A stretch of 61,011 nucleotides of DNA from Clostridia bacterium (GTDB lineage: Bacteria; Bacillota; Clostridia; Oscillospirales; CAG-272). The stretch is taken from the NCBI GenBank assembly GCA_028720145.1, contig JAQYLJ010000052.1, forward strand, positions 1 through 61,011. The letters run 5' to 3'. Made by a program: the position numbers and the translations under genes. How positions within the stretch are numbered: position 1 is the stretch's first letter; each line of letters starts with the position of its first letter. Positions 39,769-49,689 of this stretch are shown in pieces. The notes beneath the pieces are model-generated. The model was not told where the DNA came from and made no database searches. It saw only the letters and a program-made list of their open reading frames with translations.

Positions 39769-40815
39769 ATGGAAAGTGCGCTGAAAAAGAAACCGGTCGT
39801 TACCGCGCTGGCACTCTTCGCCGCGCTCCTCTGGGGCATCGGGTACTCCTGTACCAAAAAGGGGTACGAACTCTTCTCCATCGCCAAAGACGACATTTTC
39901 GATAAATTCGTGTTCGCGGGTTCGCGCTTTGTGCTCGCGGGTCTCATTTCCCTCGGGCTTGCATGGCTTGTCGCGAGAAAGCTGCCGAAGTTTCCCGTTA
40001 AGAAGACGGGCGGCGTCCTGCTCTTTTCCTTCTTTCAGACCTTCTTGCAGTACCTCACCCTCTATATCGCCCTCGGCTACATGAGCAGCGCGAAGAGCTC
40101 GATTCTCAATCAGACGGGCGTGTTCGTCCTCATTCTGCTCTCTCACCTGATTTATAAGAGCGATCAGTTCAGCGCGGTGAAAGCGATCGGATGCGTCGTG
40201 GGATTCGCGGGCATCGTCGCGGTCAATTTCCGCGGACTGAATTTCGAGTTCACCTTCCTCGGTGAGGGATTCATTCTTCTCTCGTCGTTCTCTGCGGCGA
40301 TCGGCTATATCATCAGTAAGAAACTCTCGGCGGGGGAAGACCCGATTGCCCTCACCGGCTGGCAGCAACTCATCGGCGGCGCACTGCTCTTGATTGTAGG
40401 TCTTTGCGCGGGCGGGCGTCTCCGTTTCACCGCGGGACTTGCGTCGGTCGGGATGCTCCTGTTCCTCGCCTGCTCCATCTCGGGGGCGTATGTCCTGTGG
40501 TCGCTGCTCCTCAAATACAACGAGGTCTCCACGGTCACGGTGTATAAATTTGCCGTCCCCATTTTCGGGGTCATCGCCTCGGTCTTGATTCTCCGCGAGA
40601 AGTCGATCGACTGGGTGACCGTCCTCTCGATGATTCTCGTCTCGATAGGTATTTTCCTTGTGAACTTTGCCCCGCGCCTGACGGCGATTCTCGCCGCCCG
40701 TAAACTGAAAAAACAAACCGCGTCCCCCGTGCCCGATGAGGAACCGAAAGACGAGGTCGAAGACACGCACGCCGAAGAACTACAACCCGTTTGTGATAAG
40801 GAGGATTCCCAATGA
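39769..40815 (+). CDS. DMT/EamA-family transporter
   Basis: ~10 TM segments in two EamA repeats (AALLWG, SRFVLAG, PIFGV..S.LILRE). Confidence 0.88.
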   Translation: MESALKKKPVVTALALFAALLWGIGYSCTKKGYELFSIAKDDIFDKFVFAGSRFVLAGLISLGLAWLVARKLPKFPVKKTGGVLLFSFFQTFLQYLTLYIALGYMSSAKSSILNQTGVFVLILLSHLIYKSDQFSAVKAIGCVVGFAGIVAVNFRGLNFEFTFLGEGFILLSSFSAAIGYIISKKLSAGEDPIALTGWQQLIGGALLLIVGLCAGGRLRFTAGLASVGMLLFLACSISGAYVLWSLLLKYNEVSTVTVYKFAVPIFGVIASVLILREKSIDWVTVLSMILVSIGIFLVNFAPRLTAILAARKLKKQTASPVPDEEPKDEVEDTHAEELQPVCDKEDSQ

Positions 40816-41792
40816 AAGCCATGCTGCTCGATGCTGACAAGAATTTTCTGTGGACCGATGTCCCCACCCCGACCCCGAAAGAGAACGAGGTGTTGATTGA
40901 GATTCATGCGTGCGCCCTGAACCGCGCCGACCTGCTCCAACGCGCAGGGACCTATCCCTCGCCGAAAGGATGGCCCGAATGGATGGGGCTCGAACTCGCG
41001 GGCGTGATTACCGAAATCGGACCCAACCCCGTGAACAAGACGCTCAAAGTCGGTGACCGCGTCTGTGCGCTCGTCGGCGGCGGCGCGTATGCGGAGTATA
41101 TCGCCGTGGATTCCCGTCTTGTCATGCCCATGCCCAAGAATCTCTCTTTTGAGGAAGCGTCCTCGCTCCCCGAGGCGTACGCCACGAGTTACCTCAACCT
41201 GTTCTATGAGGCGAAACTCACCGCGGGCATGACGGTCTACATTGCCGCAGGCGCGAGCGGACTCGCGAGCGCGGCAATCCCGCTCGCCAAAGCCTGCGGG
41301 CTGAAAGTCGTGACTTCCATCATCGATGAAGCCAAGCGGAGTGCCGTCGAGAAACTCGGTGCCGATCTCATCGTCAACACCAAGACCGAGAGTCTTGCCG
41401 ATGCGTTCAAAGCACTTGCCGACGCGGGTGAACCCGTGAACGGCGCGATGGACTGTATCGCGGGCGACTCGCTCGGTGATGCCATGCAGTATATGGCGGA
41501 GGGCGGCTACTGGGTCCTGATTTCCACCCTCGGCGGCACGACCGCGAATATCCCCCTGCGCCCCGTCCTGACAAAAGGGTTGCACCTGGTCGGCAGTATG
41601 CTCCGCAAGCGCACGAACGATTTCAAAGGCGAACTTCTCTCTAACCTCAGCAACAACATTTGGAAGCATTTTGAGAGCGGAGCCATCAAACCCTCCATCT
41701 ATAAGATCCTCCCCATCACCGAGGCAGAGGAAGCACACCGCATCCTCCGTGACAGCGAGAATGTCGGCAAAGTGGTCTTGAAGGTACGCTGA
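40812..41792 (+). CDS. NAD(P)H-quinone oxidoreductase (PIG3/MDR family)
   Basis: NRADLLQR.G.YP, GLELAG, GGAYAEY, AGASG, GKVVL; terminator at 41840-41876. Confidence 0.9.
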   Translation: MKAMLLDADKNFLWTDVPTPTPKENEVLIEIHACALNRADLLQRAGTYPSPKGWPEWMGLELAGVITEIGPNPVNKTLKVGDRVCALVGGGAYAEYIAVDSRLVMPMPKNLSFEEASSLPEAYATSYLNLFYEAKLTAGMTVYIAAGASGLASAAIPLAKACGLKVVTSIIDEAKRSAVEKLGADLIVNTKTESLADAFKALADAGEPVNGAMDCIAGDSLGDAMQYMAEGGYWVLISTLGGTTANIPLRPVLTKGLHLVGSMLRKRTNDFKGELLSNLSNNIWKHFESGAIKPSIYKILPITEAEEAHRILRDSENVGKVVLKVR

Positions 41793-42029
41793 AACTGAAT
41801 CCCTGCGAAAAATACAGAGACACATCCCCGAAAAACATCCCCCGTTTGACACAAGCTCAAACGGGGTTTTTGTTTTGGACGCGTCATTCAGTCCCCGCAA
41901 GTCGCGAAATCACGACTTCTTCTATCGAGGTGATGCAAAAAACAGACAGCTCGTTCTTTGCAAAAAGGATGAAATGTGTTATAAATAGATTGTAGAAACC
42001 ACCCGAAGAAAGGTGAATGGAGTACCGAA

Positions 42030-43025
42030 ATGAAGAACAGCGAGAAGTTTAACCGCATCCGGCCCTTGAAGATCTGGGAGATTCTGCAACGCGAGACCGA
42101 CGAGGACCACCCGATGGGGACGGAAGAACTGCGCGCGTACCTGATGGCGTGCGGCATCGAGGCGCACCGAACCACCATCTATAACGATATGAAACTGCTC
42201 AATGAATGCGGCTATGAAGTCCTCACCCACAGAGGGCGCAGCAATCAGTACTATGTGATGGACCGCAAGTTCTCCAATCCGGAGATTCATATTTTGATGG
42301 ACGCCGTGCAGGCGGCGAGCTTTATCACCGAGAAGAAGACGGCGGAACTCGTCGATAAGATCGCCCAGCTCGCGGGGAGCCAAAAGGGACTTGTCCTCAA
42401 AAAGAACATCGTCCGCTTTAACACGGTGAAAAGCTCGAACGAGAGAATCTATTACAATGTCGACGAGATCGTCACGGCCATCAATAACCGACAGAAGATT
42501 ATCTTTCTCTATTTCGATTACGACCACAACCACAACCGCGTGTACAGGAAAGACGGACACCACTATGTTGTGAGCCCGTTTGCGACGGTGTTCGACAGCG
42601 GACACTACTATCTCGTCATTTACGATAAGCGGTTCAACAAAATGACCAATTATCGGATCGACCGCATGGATAAAGTCGAGATCATCGAGGAGCAGGCAGA
42701 CCTGCCCCCGAAAGAACTTGCCTTCGACATTGCGACCTATAAGAAGTCGCTGTTCGGTATGTTCTCGGGAGAAACGACCGCCGTCACCATTCAGATGCAT
42801 CGTTCTTTGATTGACGCGGTGTTTGACCTCTTCGGAGAAAAGACGAAAATGATATCCTGCGGAGACGATACGGTGCGTTTCACCGCCGATGTGCAGGTCA
42901 GCCCGCTGTTTTTCGGTTGGTGCTGTTCCTTCGGCGAGAAGCTCAAAGTGCTCGGACCCGAACCGATTATCGAACAACTGAAAGCATATACCGACACCGT
43001 CAAGAGTCGGTATGAGGAGACTTGA
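42030..43025 (+). CDS. wHTH-WYL-WCX transcriptional regulator
   Basis: N-terminal HTH (ETDEDHPM..RTTIYNDM); WYL core YVVSPF..HYYLV..NYRIDRM. Confidence 0.9.
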   Translation: MKNSEKFNRIRPLKIWEILQRETDEDHPMGTEELRAYLMACGIEAHRTTIYNDMKLLNECGYEVLTHRGRSNQYYVMDRKFSNPEIHILMDAVQAASFITEKKTAELVDKIAQLAGSQKGLVLKKNIVRFNTVKSSNERIYYNVDEIVTAINNRQKIIFLYFDYDHNHNRVYRKDGHHYVVSPFATVFDSGHYYLVIYDKRFNKMTNYRIDRMDKVEIIEEQADLPPKELAFDIATYKKSLFGMFSGETTAVTIQMHRSLIDAVFDLFGEKTKMISCGDDTVRFTADVQVSPLFFGWCCSFGEKLKVLGPEPIIEQLKAYTDTVKSRYEET

Positions 43026-43047
43026 ATTTCATAAAGGAGTATACCGT

Positions 43048-44700
43048 ATGTATATCATCGCCGATGTTGAGTGGGTAGAGAATCAATCATATAAGAAGTG
43101 CCCCACGCAGCTGGCGGCGGTGCGTGTGGACGAGGAGTGGAATTTTGTGGACGAGTTCTCGTCCTATATTCGCCCGTTGGATTACACATTCCACAATTGT
43201 AACCATGTTGCCTATACGGGAGGAGATCCCTACAACTTTGTGAACGCGCCGGGTTGCTACAAGGTGTTTGAGGAGTTCAATCAATGGGTCGGTGAGGATA
43301 CGATCTGCTGGTGGTGGGATCAGTCCGCTTGTCTGCACGCCCAAATCAACAGAATCGTTTTGAAACAGAACACAACGAAACCGGCAATCATTTTGTGCGA
43401 CTATATACGAGGCTTTTTGGACGGTGAGGAGTATTCCAGAGGAAATGCGTATCAATTGGCAAGAGCCAGAAACATCGCCGTCCCGTGCGTCGAGCACAAT
43501 TCGCACAACGATGTCATCGCCATCATCAGTTTGCTGATAGGCATCTCATTCCCGCAGAAAGCACTCTTGAAACCGCCCGTTCAGCCCGCGCCGAGATATA
43601 ACAGTCCGATTTGTCGGATGCTGGAATACCAGTATGATGCCACAAATGACTTGCTCCACAAGAAAGGTTGCCCGCTGATTCCCGTAAGTGTCGATATGCT
43701 CGGTTACAGTACGCTCATGACACCGCTCCGAAAAGGGTACAGAGCTTGTGCCTGCGTGCGGGGAGAGATGCGTTCGGCAAGGCGCGAGAAGGTCATCGAT
43801 GTGCTCAAACGGGTGCCGTACACCTATCTCTATACCGAACACGGACAGGTGTTTCACAGTCGTGACTGCGGACTGCTACATAACGCGAGCCATGTTCTCG
43901 GCACCACCAAATACCGCACCGTTATTGCCAAAGGATTGCGCCCGTGCAAGGTATGCCGACCTACCGCCAAGTATGCGCGTGACCTTATGTCCGTTCGTAG
44001 GGTGGTGCCGTCGATTCCTTTACCCGCGAATGTTCCGACCCCGAAGACGACAAAGAGAAAGAAATCCAAATTGGCAACGCGAAATCTGACAACACCCGAG
44101 CGCGCCGCCATCACCCGGATGCAACAGTCGCAAAAGGAACGCTATTCGGGCGTCTTGGATACCGAGCTGACCGAGCAGGAAAAAAACGATTTCTATACGC
44201 TGACGCAACCGCGATTCGGCTTCTTTGCGGCGAAGGGCTATCGGAATTTTCATTTGAGAAACTGCGCCCGTTTGGTCGGAAAAGATCAAATTCTCGGCTT
44301 CGATACTTTCTCCCACGCGAGGCACGCGGGATTCACCCCCTGTAAGCAGTGTAAACCCACGGAGAAGCAGGATATCCTTGTGTCAATACCGATTGATAAC
44401 ATGGTGCGGGACGATGAAACGGTTGATGACTTGGAAGTGCTGTGTGAACAATTCGGATATGCATACAGCTATCATAAACGGGTATTTCAGTTATCCACCC
44501 CCGCGGGCAAGTGGAAAATTCATACGGGTTCTCGCCCGATCACCCTCGAACATATCAACCTCGTGAAATCCCCCGGATGCAAGAAATACCATCGCCAGCA
44601 TCGGATTTTTCTCTCGATGGTTGACGCCTTGCGCTATATTCACAGACACGATTCCACCCTGCTCGTCAGTGCCGAAAAAAGCAAGAAAGGCGCCTCTTAA
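43048..44700 (+). CDS. DEDDh-like 3'-5' exonuclease with three Ada-like Zn-binding modules
   Basis: ADVEW (ExoI), QLAAVR..F.SYIRP, HNSHND (ExoIII); three H-x3-C ... C-x(1-2)-C modules; AAGGAG RBS. Confidence 0.7.
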   Translation: MYIIADVEWVENQSYKKCPTQLAAVRVDEEWNFVDEFSSYIRPLDYTFHNCNHVAYTGGDPYNFVNAPGCYKVFEEFNQWVGEDTICWWWDQSACLHAQINRIVLKQNTTKPAIILCDYIRGFLDGEEYSRGNAYQLARARNIAVPCVEHNSHNDVIAIISLLIGISFPQKALLKPPVQPAPRYNSPICRMLEYQYDATNDLLHKKGCPLIPVSVDMLGYSTLMTPLRKGYRACACVRGEMRSARREKVIDVLKRVPYTYLYTEHGQVFHSRDCGLLHNASHVLGTTKYRTVIAKGLRPCKVCRPTAKYARDLMSVRRVVPSIPLPANVPTPKTTKRKKSKLATRNLTTPERAAITRMQQSQKERYSGVLDTELTEQEKNDFYTLTQPRFGFFAAKGYRNFHLRNCARLVGKDQILGFDTFSHARHAGFTPCKQCKPTEKQDILVSIPIDNMVRDDETVDDLEVLCEQFGYAYSYHKRVFQLSTPAGKWKIHTGSRPITLEHINLVKSPGCKKYHRQHRIFLSMVDALRYIHRHDSTLLVSAEKSKKGAS

Positions 44701-44950
44701 TCGGTGAGAGAACCTTTTGGAAATGTAATCGATGTCATTCCCTTTGGTTCATCTTGTGAGTATTCCTCAAAAACAACTCGCGCCCGACCTCCGCATGGCG
44801 GCTCCCGAAGGAGTACCTACACGCGGGAAGTCAGGCGCGATTTTTATCCTAGCCGATTGCAGGGGGGCACAGGCGAACTTCATAATAGGCGTTTTCAAGC
44901 ACAAGTTTTCGCACGCAAATAGCCAAAAGGCATTCTCACACGTGGTTTTG

Positions 44951-45718
44951 TTACAGGGACGACAGCACCGAGCGGAGATACGCCGTCGGGGTGAGTCCCG
45001 TCTCTTTGCGGAACGCCGCATCGAAGTAGTAGACACTTCCGAACCCCGCCCGCTCGGCGATCTCCGCGATGGAGTATTCGCCTGTGAGGAGCAGTTCTTT
45101 GGCGCGGTTCAGTTTCAGGGTTTGTATGTACTTCGCGGGAGAGACCGAATAGAGACCGACGAAGAGTTTACGGAAATAGGAGGTGCTGACCCCCGAGAGC
45201 GCGGCGAGGGTGTCGTTGTCGGTTTCCCCGTCCGCGAAATGCGCTTCGATGTATTGGAGCGCAGGGCGCAGAATTGCCGCCTTGCTCCCGGGGAAATAGG
45301 TATCCTCGCTCACGGTCATGAGATGGAGCAATTTGTAGAATTTGCTCATCACCTCGTATTCGTACCCCGGGCGCTTGTAGGCGAGGATGCGCTCCATCTC
45401 CGAGAGGAGTTCGAGGAGGGGCGCGGAAGCCGAAATCTTACAGGATACGACCTCTGTCGGGAGCGGCTCCGCCGTCTCAAAGTCAATCATGCAGCACTCG
45501 CCCCGCTCGGCGAAATCAATCTCATAGGACGAGTTTTTCGGGAGCAATACACAGGTTTTCGGCGCCGAAATCACTTGTCTGTCCCCTTGTGTATAGACGG
45601 TTTTTCCCGCCAACTTAAAGGTGAGGGAATTGGTGATTCTTTTGTCCCGTCTGTCTTTTTTGAGAGCCACATTCGGGCGGTACACCGCCCGCACCCTCGT
45701 GGGTACAAATTGAAACAT
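44951..45718 (-). CDS. AraC-family transcriptional regulator
   Basis: STSYFRKLF, IAERAGFGSVYYF..AFRKETGLTP. Confidence 0.9.
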   Translation of the reverse strand: MFQFVPTRVRAVYRPNVALKKDRRDKRITNSLTFKLAGKTVYTQGDRQVISAPKTCVLLPKNSSYEIDFAERGECCMIDFETAEPLPTEVVSCKISASAPLLELLSEMERILAYKRPGYEYEVMSKFYKLLHLMTVSEDTYFPGSKAAILRPALQYIEAHFADGETDNDTLAALSGVSTSYFRKLFVGLYSVSPAKYIQTLKLNRAKELLLTGEYSIAEIAERAGFGSVYYFDAAFRKETGLTPTAYLRSVLSSL

Positions 45719-46003
45719 GGAGAACCCTCCGTTTCATGTATTTGATACTAGTCTAACCGATTTTTTGTGCTTTGTAAAGTACCATAATTCAGTTTTCTGC
45801 TTTGCGGGAAATCAAACAAAACACTTTTTTGGATTTTTGTTAAGTACTTGCCGAATTTTTGCAAGAACCAGTACGCTGCTTTCGTCTCACAAAACTCTTG
45901 TATTGATTGCAAAATCCACGGAGAATATTCCGTATCACGGAAACTGATTTCATATGAAAAAGCACTTGCAGACGCAAGTGCTTTTTTGAGAAAATGAAAT
46001 GTA

Positions 46004-46747
46004 TCAATATTTTTTTGTAAATTTGCATTGGGGATAGTTTGAGCAACCGTAGAATTGACCGTTTTTTCCGTTTCGTAAAACAAGTTTTCCGCCGCATCTC
46101 GGGCAGATTCCTTCTTGCAGTTGCTCTTGCATTTTATGAATGTTCTCTACATGATCTTTTATGTTAATAGATGTGTTGTTTTTCAAGTCTATAAGCAGAT
46201 TATAATAGCGTTCCATTTGTTCAACAGTTAATGAAACATCTGTAATTCGAGACTTGATAGACGCTAATTTATCAATAGAGTAAACATTGTTTGCGGCTAC
46301 ATGAGATATATCGGCACGCGATAAAAACACCACAATATTTTGAAGTGCGTTGTATTCGTTCAAAAACTTTGACAGATGATAAATATGAGTTGCATTTTGC
46401 TTAATGGGATTATAAAACTTGTTTTTCTTCTTGCCGTAGGAAAGAACTTGCGTCCACTCTTGCTGGTTTTCATTTCCATAAATATAACCCGCATAGTTTT
46501 TGGTTTCAATAACCCAAATCCCGTGTTGATTGATATAAATATGGTCGATTTGACAAGACTGTCCCGAATTGGTACAGAACAACAAATCATTGATTACATA
46601 TTGTACACCTTCAATCGTGTCACCTAATACACGAGCAATTCGTTTTTCCCCATATTTCCCCTTTTCTTTTGGCGAATACAGTTTGTAAAAAATAATTGCA
46701 GTGATAATGATAGCTATTATGAAAAAAGTAACGATGGCAATTAACAT
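46004..46747 (-). CDS. Membrane-anchored NERD nuclease-related protein with C-terminal topoisomerase-type C4 Zn ribbon
   Basis: N-terminal TM, KGKYGE, QIDH, VIETKNYAG, NPIKQN..H, CPRCGG...FYGCSNYPQC; visibly AT-rich. Confidence 0.9.
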   Translation of the reverse strand: MLIAIVTFFIIAIIITAIIFYKLYSPKEKGKYGEKRIARVLGDTIEGVQYVINDLLFCTNSGQSCQIDHIYINQHGIWVIETKNYAGYIYGNENQQEWTQVLSYGKKKNKFYNPIKQNATHIYHLSKFLNEYNALQNIVVFLSRADISHVAANNVYSIDKLASIKSRITDVSLTVEQMERYYNLLIDLKNNTSINIKDHVENIHKMQEQLQEGICPRCGGKLVLRNGKNGQFYGCSNYPQCKFTKKY

Positions 46748-47198
46748 TTGAAATCTCCTTGGTTCAAAAATCCTGTCTGTTTGATCAAAAAGCTAAATGA
46801 TTACGGTTGAAATCAAGTATGGTGTTCTTCATAAAGATGCGTTAACACATTGTTCCCAAATACGGAAATCTATCCTATACGATATCACCACGGCATAATT
46901 CTCAATGAGCCGTAAGATTTTGTAATTTATGTTATAATTCTAATCAAAAATAGACGGTTTGTAAACCCCGCAAAAGAAAAAAGCCGCAATCGTTCGTTGC
47001 GGCTTTTGTATTTCACAAGTTTTAAGGTCACTGTGTCGCGTTGGGGGCTCTAAAATACCAAGACGACTCCGAATATCCTTTCATCATTTGCCTATGTCGC
47101 TTCACTATGGTAGAGGAACTCTTCCTATTTTTCGCGTGGGATATGATACCACTTGGCAAGTATGGTTGTATTTGTCCGCCGTCCGCGGGGGATACAAT

Positions 47199-47435
47199 TC
47201 CGCACCGCGTAGCGTGCGGCACAGAATCGCTCGGCGAGCCGAGCGTATGGAATCCGCCGTCAGGCGGCATGGAATCCGCACAGCGTGCGGTATGTTATCC
47301 GCGCGTTGCACGGAATGTTTTCCATTCGACGAAGGTCATCCGCCCACTTTGCGGGCGATGCCATGCCCGACTTCGTCGGGATTCCATCCGCGCAGCGACG
47401 CGATGCCATACCCATTCGGCTTCGTCGAATGGGAT
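47199..47435. repeat. Hairpin-linker array with mirrored linkers
   Basis: Short GC hairpins separated by G(T/C)ATGGAATC-like linkers in the left half and GAT(T/G)CCAT(A/G/C)C linkers in the right half. Confidence 0.7.
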
Positions 47436-47467
47436 AGAAAAAACGCAGTCCGTGACTGCGTTTTTTC

Positions 47468-47552
47468 TGGTGGGGGAAGCTGGATTCGAACCAGCGAAGT
47501 CATGGACAACAGATTTACAGTCTGCCCCCTTTGGCCGCTCGGGAATTCCCCC
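47468..47552 (-). tRNA. tRNA-Tyr (GTA)
   Basis: GGGGGAA acceptor stem, anticodon loop CT-GTA-AA, long variable arm, GGTTCGAATCC, encoded CCA. Upstream TTGACA-17 bp-TATACT; terminator at ~47437-47466. Confidence 0.97.
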
Positions 47553-47920
47553 ATATCTTTGGCTGTCTTCACGAGTATACCATAAAGATTTGCTTTTGTC
47601 AACGGTTTTGATAAAAAAAGCGTTTGCGGTTTTATTGCGCCGATTCGGGCGCGCGGAGATACGCGGAGAAACGCCCTTTCGCGGGAGGAAAGCACACTGG
47701 ATTTACAGGCGCGAAAACCGCTTGTGCTGCCTGCATGGCGCGTACTGCACCCGTGAAAAGTGCATTTGCCACGCTCGCACGGCACCCATTCGGCTAAATT
47801 TCGACCGTCAATACGATGAAAACATAAAACACCGAAAATCTCGCGCTTTTCTGTTGACAAACTCCGCCGGGCGTGGTAAGATAATCGCAAAGTAAACTTT
47901 CCAAGGAAAGGGCGTTTTCC

Positions 47921-48700
47921 ATGAAAAACCGCGTAGAAGAATTAAGACGGCAGTACGGTATCAAACAGGAGGCGTTCGCCCACGAGATGGGGGTCTCCCG
48001 CCAGTCGATCGGCTCGATTGAAAACGGGCGGTATAATCCGTCCATCCAGCTCGCCATCCGCATCGCGCGGTATTTCGGACTCGCGGTCGAAGATGTCTTT
48101 CTCATGGACGGCGCACCCGCGTGGCTGACGGTGGAGATGCTCTCCAAAATGCCCGCCGACTCGCTCCTCGCCAAGAATCGGGAGCATAACCTCTCGATCA
48201 CTCTGCCCGAGGGACCCATCACGGGGCAGGGAAATCGGTTCCCGTCCCAGTTCTCTTACTCCACTTTCATGACGGCGTTCAACGGTGCGGAGCCGGTCGC
48301 CGTCTATAATGCGCTGACCCTCACGGGGAGACCCGTGCCGTTCGCCGATATTCTCACCGAATTTGAGGGGAACGGACTGCCGCTCCTCGACGGCTACGCG
48401 GGGACCGATCCGCGCGAGCTCGGGCGGTACTTCGAGGCGCATGAAATCCCGTTCCGTACCTTCACCTTGCAGAGTGAGTTCAATGCCGCGGTTTCCGAGG
48501 GGAGCGTCTTCGTCATTTCTCATTGGAATGACCGTTTCTTCCGTGAACTCAAAGGGATGCGGACGGTCGCAGGGGTGTTCAAAAACGGCGCATGGACGCT
48601 GTATAACACCCACACCGACGACACCGAACCCCGCACCTATCGCACCCTCGCCGAGGCGCTCCGCGGAAAGAAGTTCTTTCTCGGGTATCTCTTCGTATGA
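47921..48700 (+). CDS. XRE-HTH fused to a degenerate C39-like peptidase domain
   Basis: MKNRVEELR..GVSRQSIGSIENGRYNPS (XRE); C-terminal NGAEPVAVYNAL..MRTVA..LYN. Confidence 0.75.
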   Translation: MKNRVEELRRQYGIKQEAFAHEMGVSRQSIGSIENGRYNPSIQLAIRIARYFGLAVEDVFLMDGAPAWLTVEMLSKMPADSLLAKNREHNLSITLPEGPITGQGNRFPSQFSYSTFMTAFNGAEPVAVYNALTLTGRPVPFADILTEFEGNGLPLLDGYAGTDPRELGRYFEAHEIPFRTFTLQSEFNAAVSEGSVFVISHWNDRFFRELKGMRTVAGVFKNGAWTLYNTHTDDTEPRTYRTLAEALRGKKFFLGYLFV

Positions 48701-49377
48701 GACTGTTTCTGATTCGGCACGGGAAACCCGATTACGGGAAAGACTGCCTTCTCCCCGAGGGGCAAAAACAGGCGGAGATGCTCGCAGAGAAACTCGCGGG
48801 GCAGCCGTTCGATGCCATCTATTCCTCGACTTGCGGCAGAGCCTACGAAACCGCGCTCCCGACAGCGGAAAGCCACGGGCTTTCGGTGACGAAACTCGCC
48901 TTTATGCGTGAAATCGGATGGGGCACCCCCACGGCACCCTATTCATCGGATTATCACCCGTGGGAACGGGCGGACGCATGGGCGGCAGAGGGGAAAGACC
49001 TCTTGACCTTCGACGCATATCATACCCCCTATTGGCAGGGGACTCTCCTCGAAGAATCCTATCGCACCGTGTCGGAGGGTTTTGACGCTTGGTTCTCCGA
49101 GTTCGGCTTTGTGCGCGAGGGGATCGGCTACCGCGTGACCCATACGCCACCCGAGAATATCGCGCTCTTTGCACACGGCGGCTCGGGCACCTGCCTGCTG
49201 TCCCACCTGACCGGCATCCCGCTCTACTATCTGTTCCATACCGTGAAACCCTCGTTTACGGGAATCACCGTGATTGAGTTCGACAGCACCCCGGGCGTAT
49301 TCACCACCCCGATCTTGCGTGTTTTGAACGATGCCTCCCATCTCCCCCTCGACCCGCCGCCCTCATATAGCCATTGA
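48697..49377 (+). CDS. Histidine phosphatase family protein
   Basis: LIRHG, SS..RA.ETA, REI.WG, AHGG, LND.SHL. Confidence 0.9.
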   Translation: MRLFLIRHGKPDYGKDCLLPEGQKQAEMLAEKLAGQPFDAIYSSTCGRAYETALPTAESHGLSVTKLAFMREIGWGTPTAPYSSDYHPWERADAWAAEGKDLLTFDAYHTPYWQGTLLEESYRTVSEGFDAWFSEFGFVREGIGYRVTHTPPENIALFAHGGSGTCLLSHLTGIPLYYLFHTVKPSFTGITVIEFDSTPGVFTTPILRVLNDASHLPLDPPPSYSH

Positions 49378-49689
49378 CGACGCGAAAACGGTCGGAAAAC
49401 GAAAGCACAAACGGATGCGGGAACGGAAAGGAAACATTCCTTTTCTGCCGTCTGCCGAAAAAATGATAAATCCCAAGAAAACAGGTGCCTCCGACGAAAA
49501 TCGGAGGCATTTTCTCATTTTGGTAAGAGACGGGATAAGCGATAGATTACACGGTCTTATTCGGAAATGTCAAGCACGCCTTCCGTTACTTTATCGTCCC
49601 GTTTTTCCTCTTTTCCATTTCGCCCGCAGGGCGTTCAGAATCGCGCGGTGATGTTCACGCAGATAGTGATAGAATTGCCACCACATGAC

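Noticed and set aside
44732-45745. 337-aa plus-strand ORF
   Set aside because: Antisense shadow of the AraC gene.
46975-47150. Possible minus-strand small RNA (6S-like CCTTAAAACT) ending at a terminator
   Set aside because: No clear -35 element and only weak end-to-end pairing; not enough support.
47199-47435. CRISPR interpretation of the repeat array
   Set aside because: Repeats are only 10 nt, spacers are short self-complementary hairpins, orientation flips midway, and there are no cas genes.
47041-47895. 284-aa ORF and overlapping ORFs
   Set aside because: They span the tRNA and the repeat array and have no protein motifs.
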